Part shown: positions 21,036 through 22,414 of the stretch, one piece after another
How positions within the stretch are numbered: the first letter of the stretch is position 1
How the letters are laid out: each line of letters begins with the position of its first letter
Origin: Atractiella rhizophila
Taxonomy: Eukaryota
NCBI GenBank assembly: GCA_021432655.1
Contig: MU271354.1
Coordinates: 62,001-84,414, forward strand
Direction: 5' to 3'
DNA length: 22,414 nt
Translations under genes and position numbers: made by a program
Notes under the pieces: generated by a model
Database searches by the model: none
Told to the model about the DNA's origin: nothing
What the model saw: only the letters and a program-made list of their open reading frames with translations

Positions 21036-22414
21036 ATGTCTAATCCCCTTTTGGCGCAAATTCAGCAAGGGAAGAAGCTGAAGAAGGCTGTTACCAATGA
21101 TCGATCAGCTCCAGCGATCGACGGTATGCATCTCTTCTGTTCTGACCGCCACCTGGTGTTGATCAAGAGCAGGTAAAAGCAGTTCAGGAGGAGGAGGCAA
21201 TATGGGAGCGGTAGCTAGTGCTCCGCGACCTCCCACTCTAGGGTCTGCGCCTCCAGTTCCGGGAGGTGGTGGTGCACCTCAATTGGGAGGTCTTTTTGCT
21301 GGTGCGCTGCTTCGTAATTACTATTTTGGCCTGCCTAAATTAAATATCAAAAGGGGGTATGCCAACGCTCAAGAAGACCGGAGGACTAGGAAGGGACCCA
21401 AGCACTTCAATATCGTCCGCACCACGTCCTCCAAGCGGGCCGCCGAAACCCCCCAGCTTGGCACCCCCAAAACCTCCTGCCTCAGCTCCTCCACGACCTC
21501 CCCCTGGGCGTCCTCCGGGAGCCCCTCCGCCTCCTCCATCGCCTATCCCCTCCAAGCCTGCAGCTCCTCCTCCTCCACCCAATGTTGGCAGACCAGTCGC
21601 TCCTCCCCCGCCTGTACCAACAAACAGACTTCCAAGCGCTCCACCTCCACCTCCACCTCCAGTTGCACGCCCTCCGGCAGCTGCTCCTCCTCCTCCTCCT
21701 GCTGTAACTTCTGTCCCCCCGAAGCTCCCGCCATCCCGCCCTCCTGTACCACCGCCGGCTCGCACTCCTCCGACAAACACTACACCTAACCCTCCACCAC
21801 GGCCTGCGAACGGACTCCCTCCTCCCCCTCCTCGTCCAGGATCAACCTTAGCGACTAAACCGCCTCCTACTCCATCGAGACCTGGCAGCACCATAGTTCC
21901 TCCCCCTGCGCCACCCAGGCCAGCTGTACCCCCGGCGCCAGCTCTTCCAGGTAGAAAACCGCCTCCTCCGTCACGGCCAATCTCATCTGTATCGCCTGGT
22001 TTACCACCGCGTGCAGTTCCTCCTCCACCACCTTCCTCTGGTCCCGCACCGCCTCCCCGGCGAGTGCCTGCGCCGCCTCCTCCAACCATCGTCCCCGAGG
22101 ATGAAACAGAAGAGCCTTCACCACCTCCACTGCCTCCTGCTCGCGCCCCCATGCCCCCTGTCTCCGCACCGCCGAGAAATGTTCCCCCACCCCCTCCAGC
22201 AGCAGCAGCTACCAATCCTGGAAGCAGAGCACCTCCAACTCTGCCTCCTCCTCGGAAGGCTCCACCACCTGTTGGAGGATCCGTTTTTACTCCTCCTCCG
22301 AGACCTCTAAGTGCAATGCAGTCCAGGCCGATTAAAGACGATGGCGAGAGCAGCAATACCCGCGGCAGTCGACTAAGTGTCGACGGCCCAGCGCTTGGTA
22401 GACAAAGGAGCATT
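21036..22414 (+). CDS. VRP1: Verprolin/WIP-like proline-rich WH2 actin-binding protein; 3' end outside window
   Basis: WH2 motif LLAQIQQGKKLKKAVTNDRSAP; second motif QLGGLFAGGMPTLKKT formed across intron 21302-21353; first intron 21124-21172. A long poly-Pro region stays open at the window end. Confidence 0.88.

Noticed and set aside
21340..22413. 357-aa glycine-rich minus-strand ORF
   Set aside because: It is the antisense shadow of the proline-rich (CCN) verprolin coding strand, which naturally lacks stops.

Overview
Gene-dense, intron-rich fungal nuclear DNA, probably a basidiomycete (inferred from many ~45-70 nt introns and the protein sequences). Hand-spliced genes in order: 3' part of ATP sulfurylase MET3 (+); single-domain glyoxalase I (-); a 716-aa disordered protein with a PAM2-like motif (+); a PWWP protein with a TFIIS-N-like C-terminus (-); ATP synthase delta ATP16 (-); TFIIA large subunit TOA1 (+); CDC50 (-); a 211-aa hypothetical protein (-); TOP1 (-); complex I subunit NDUFB3 (+); a small TRIR/C19orf43-like gene that the ORF track only fragments (-); and the 5' part of verprolin (+). 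The main anomaly is a ~2.25 kb tandem duplication (8471-10715 / 10717-12967, ~99% identical). Its breakpoints fall in the last intron of ATP16 and the last intron of CDC50. Both parent genes stay intact, TOA1 is doubled, and the junction forms a spliceable chimera of ATP16 exons 1-3 with the CDC50 terminal exon and 3' end. A haplotype or assembly artefact cannot be excluded from this sequence alone. No tRNA, rRNA, transposon or CRISPR was seen.
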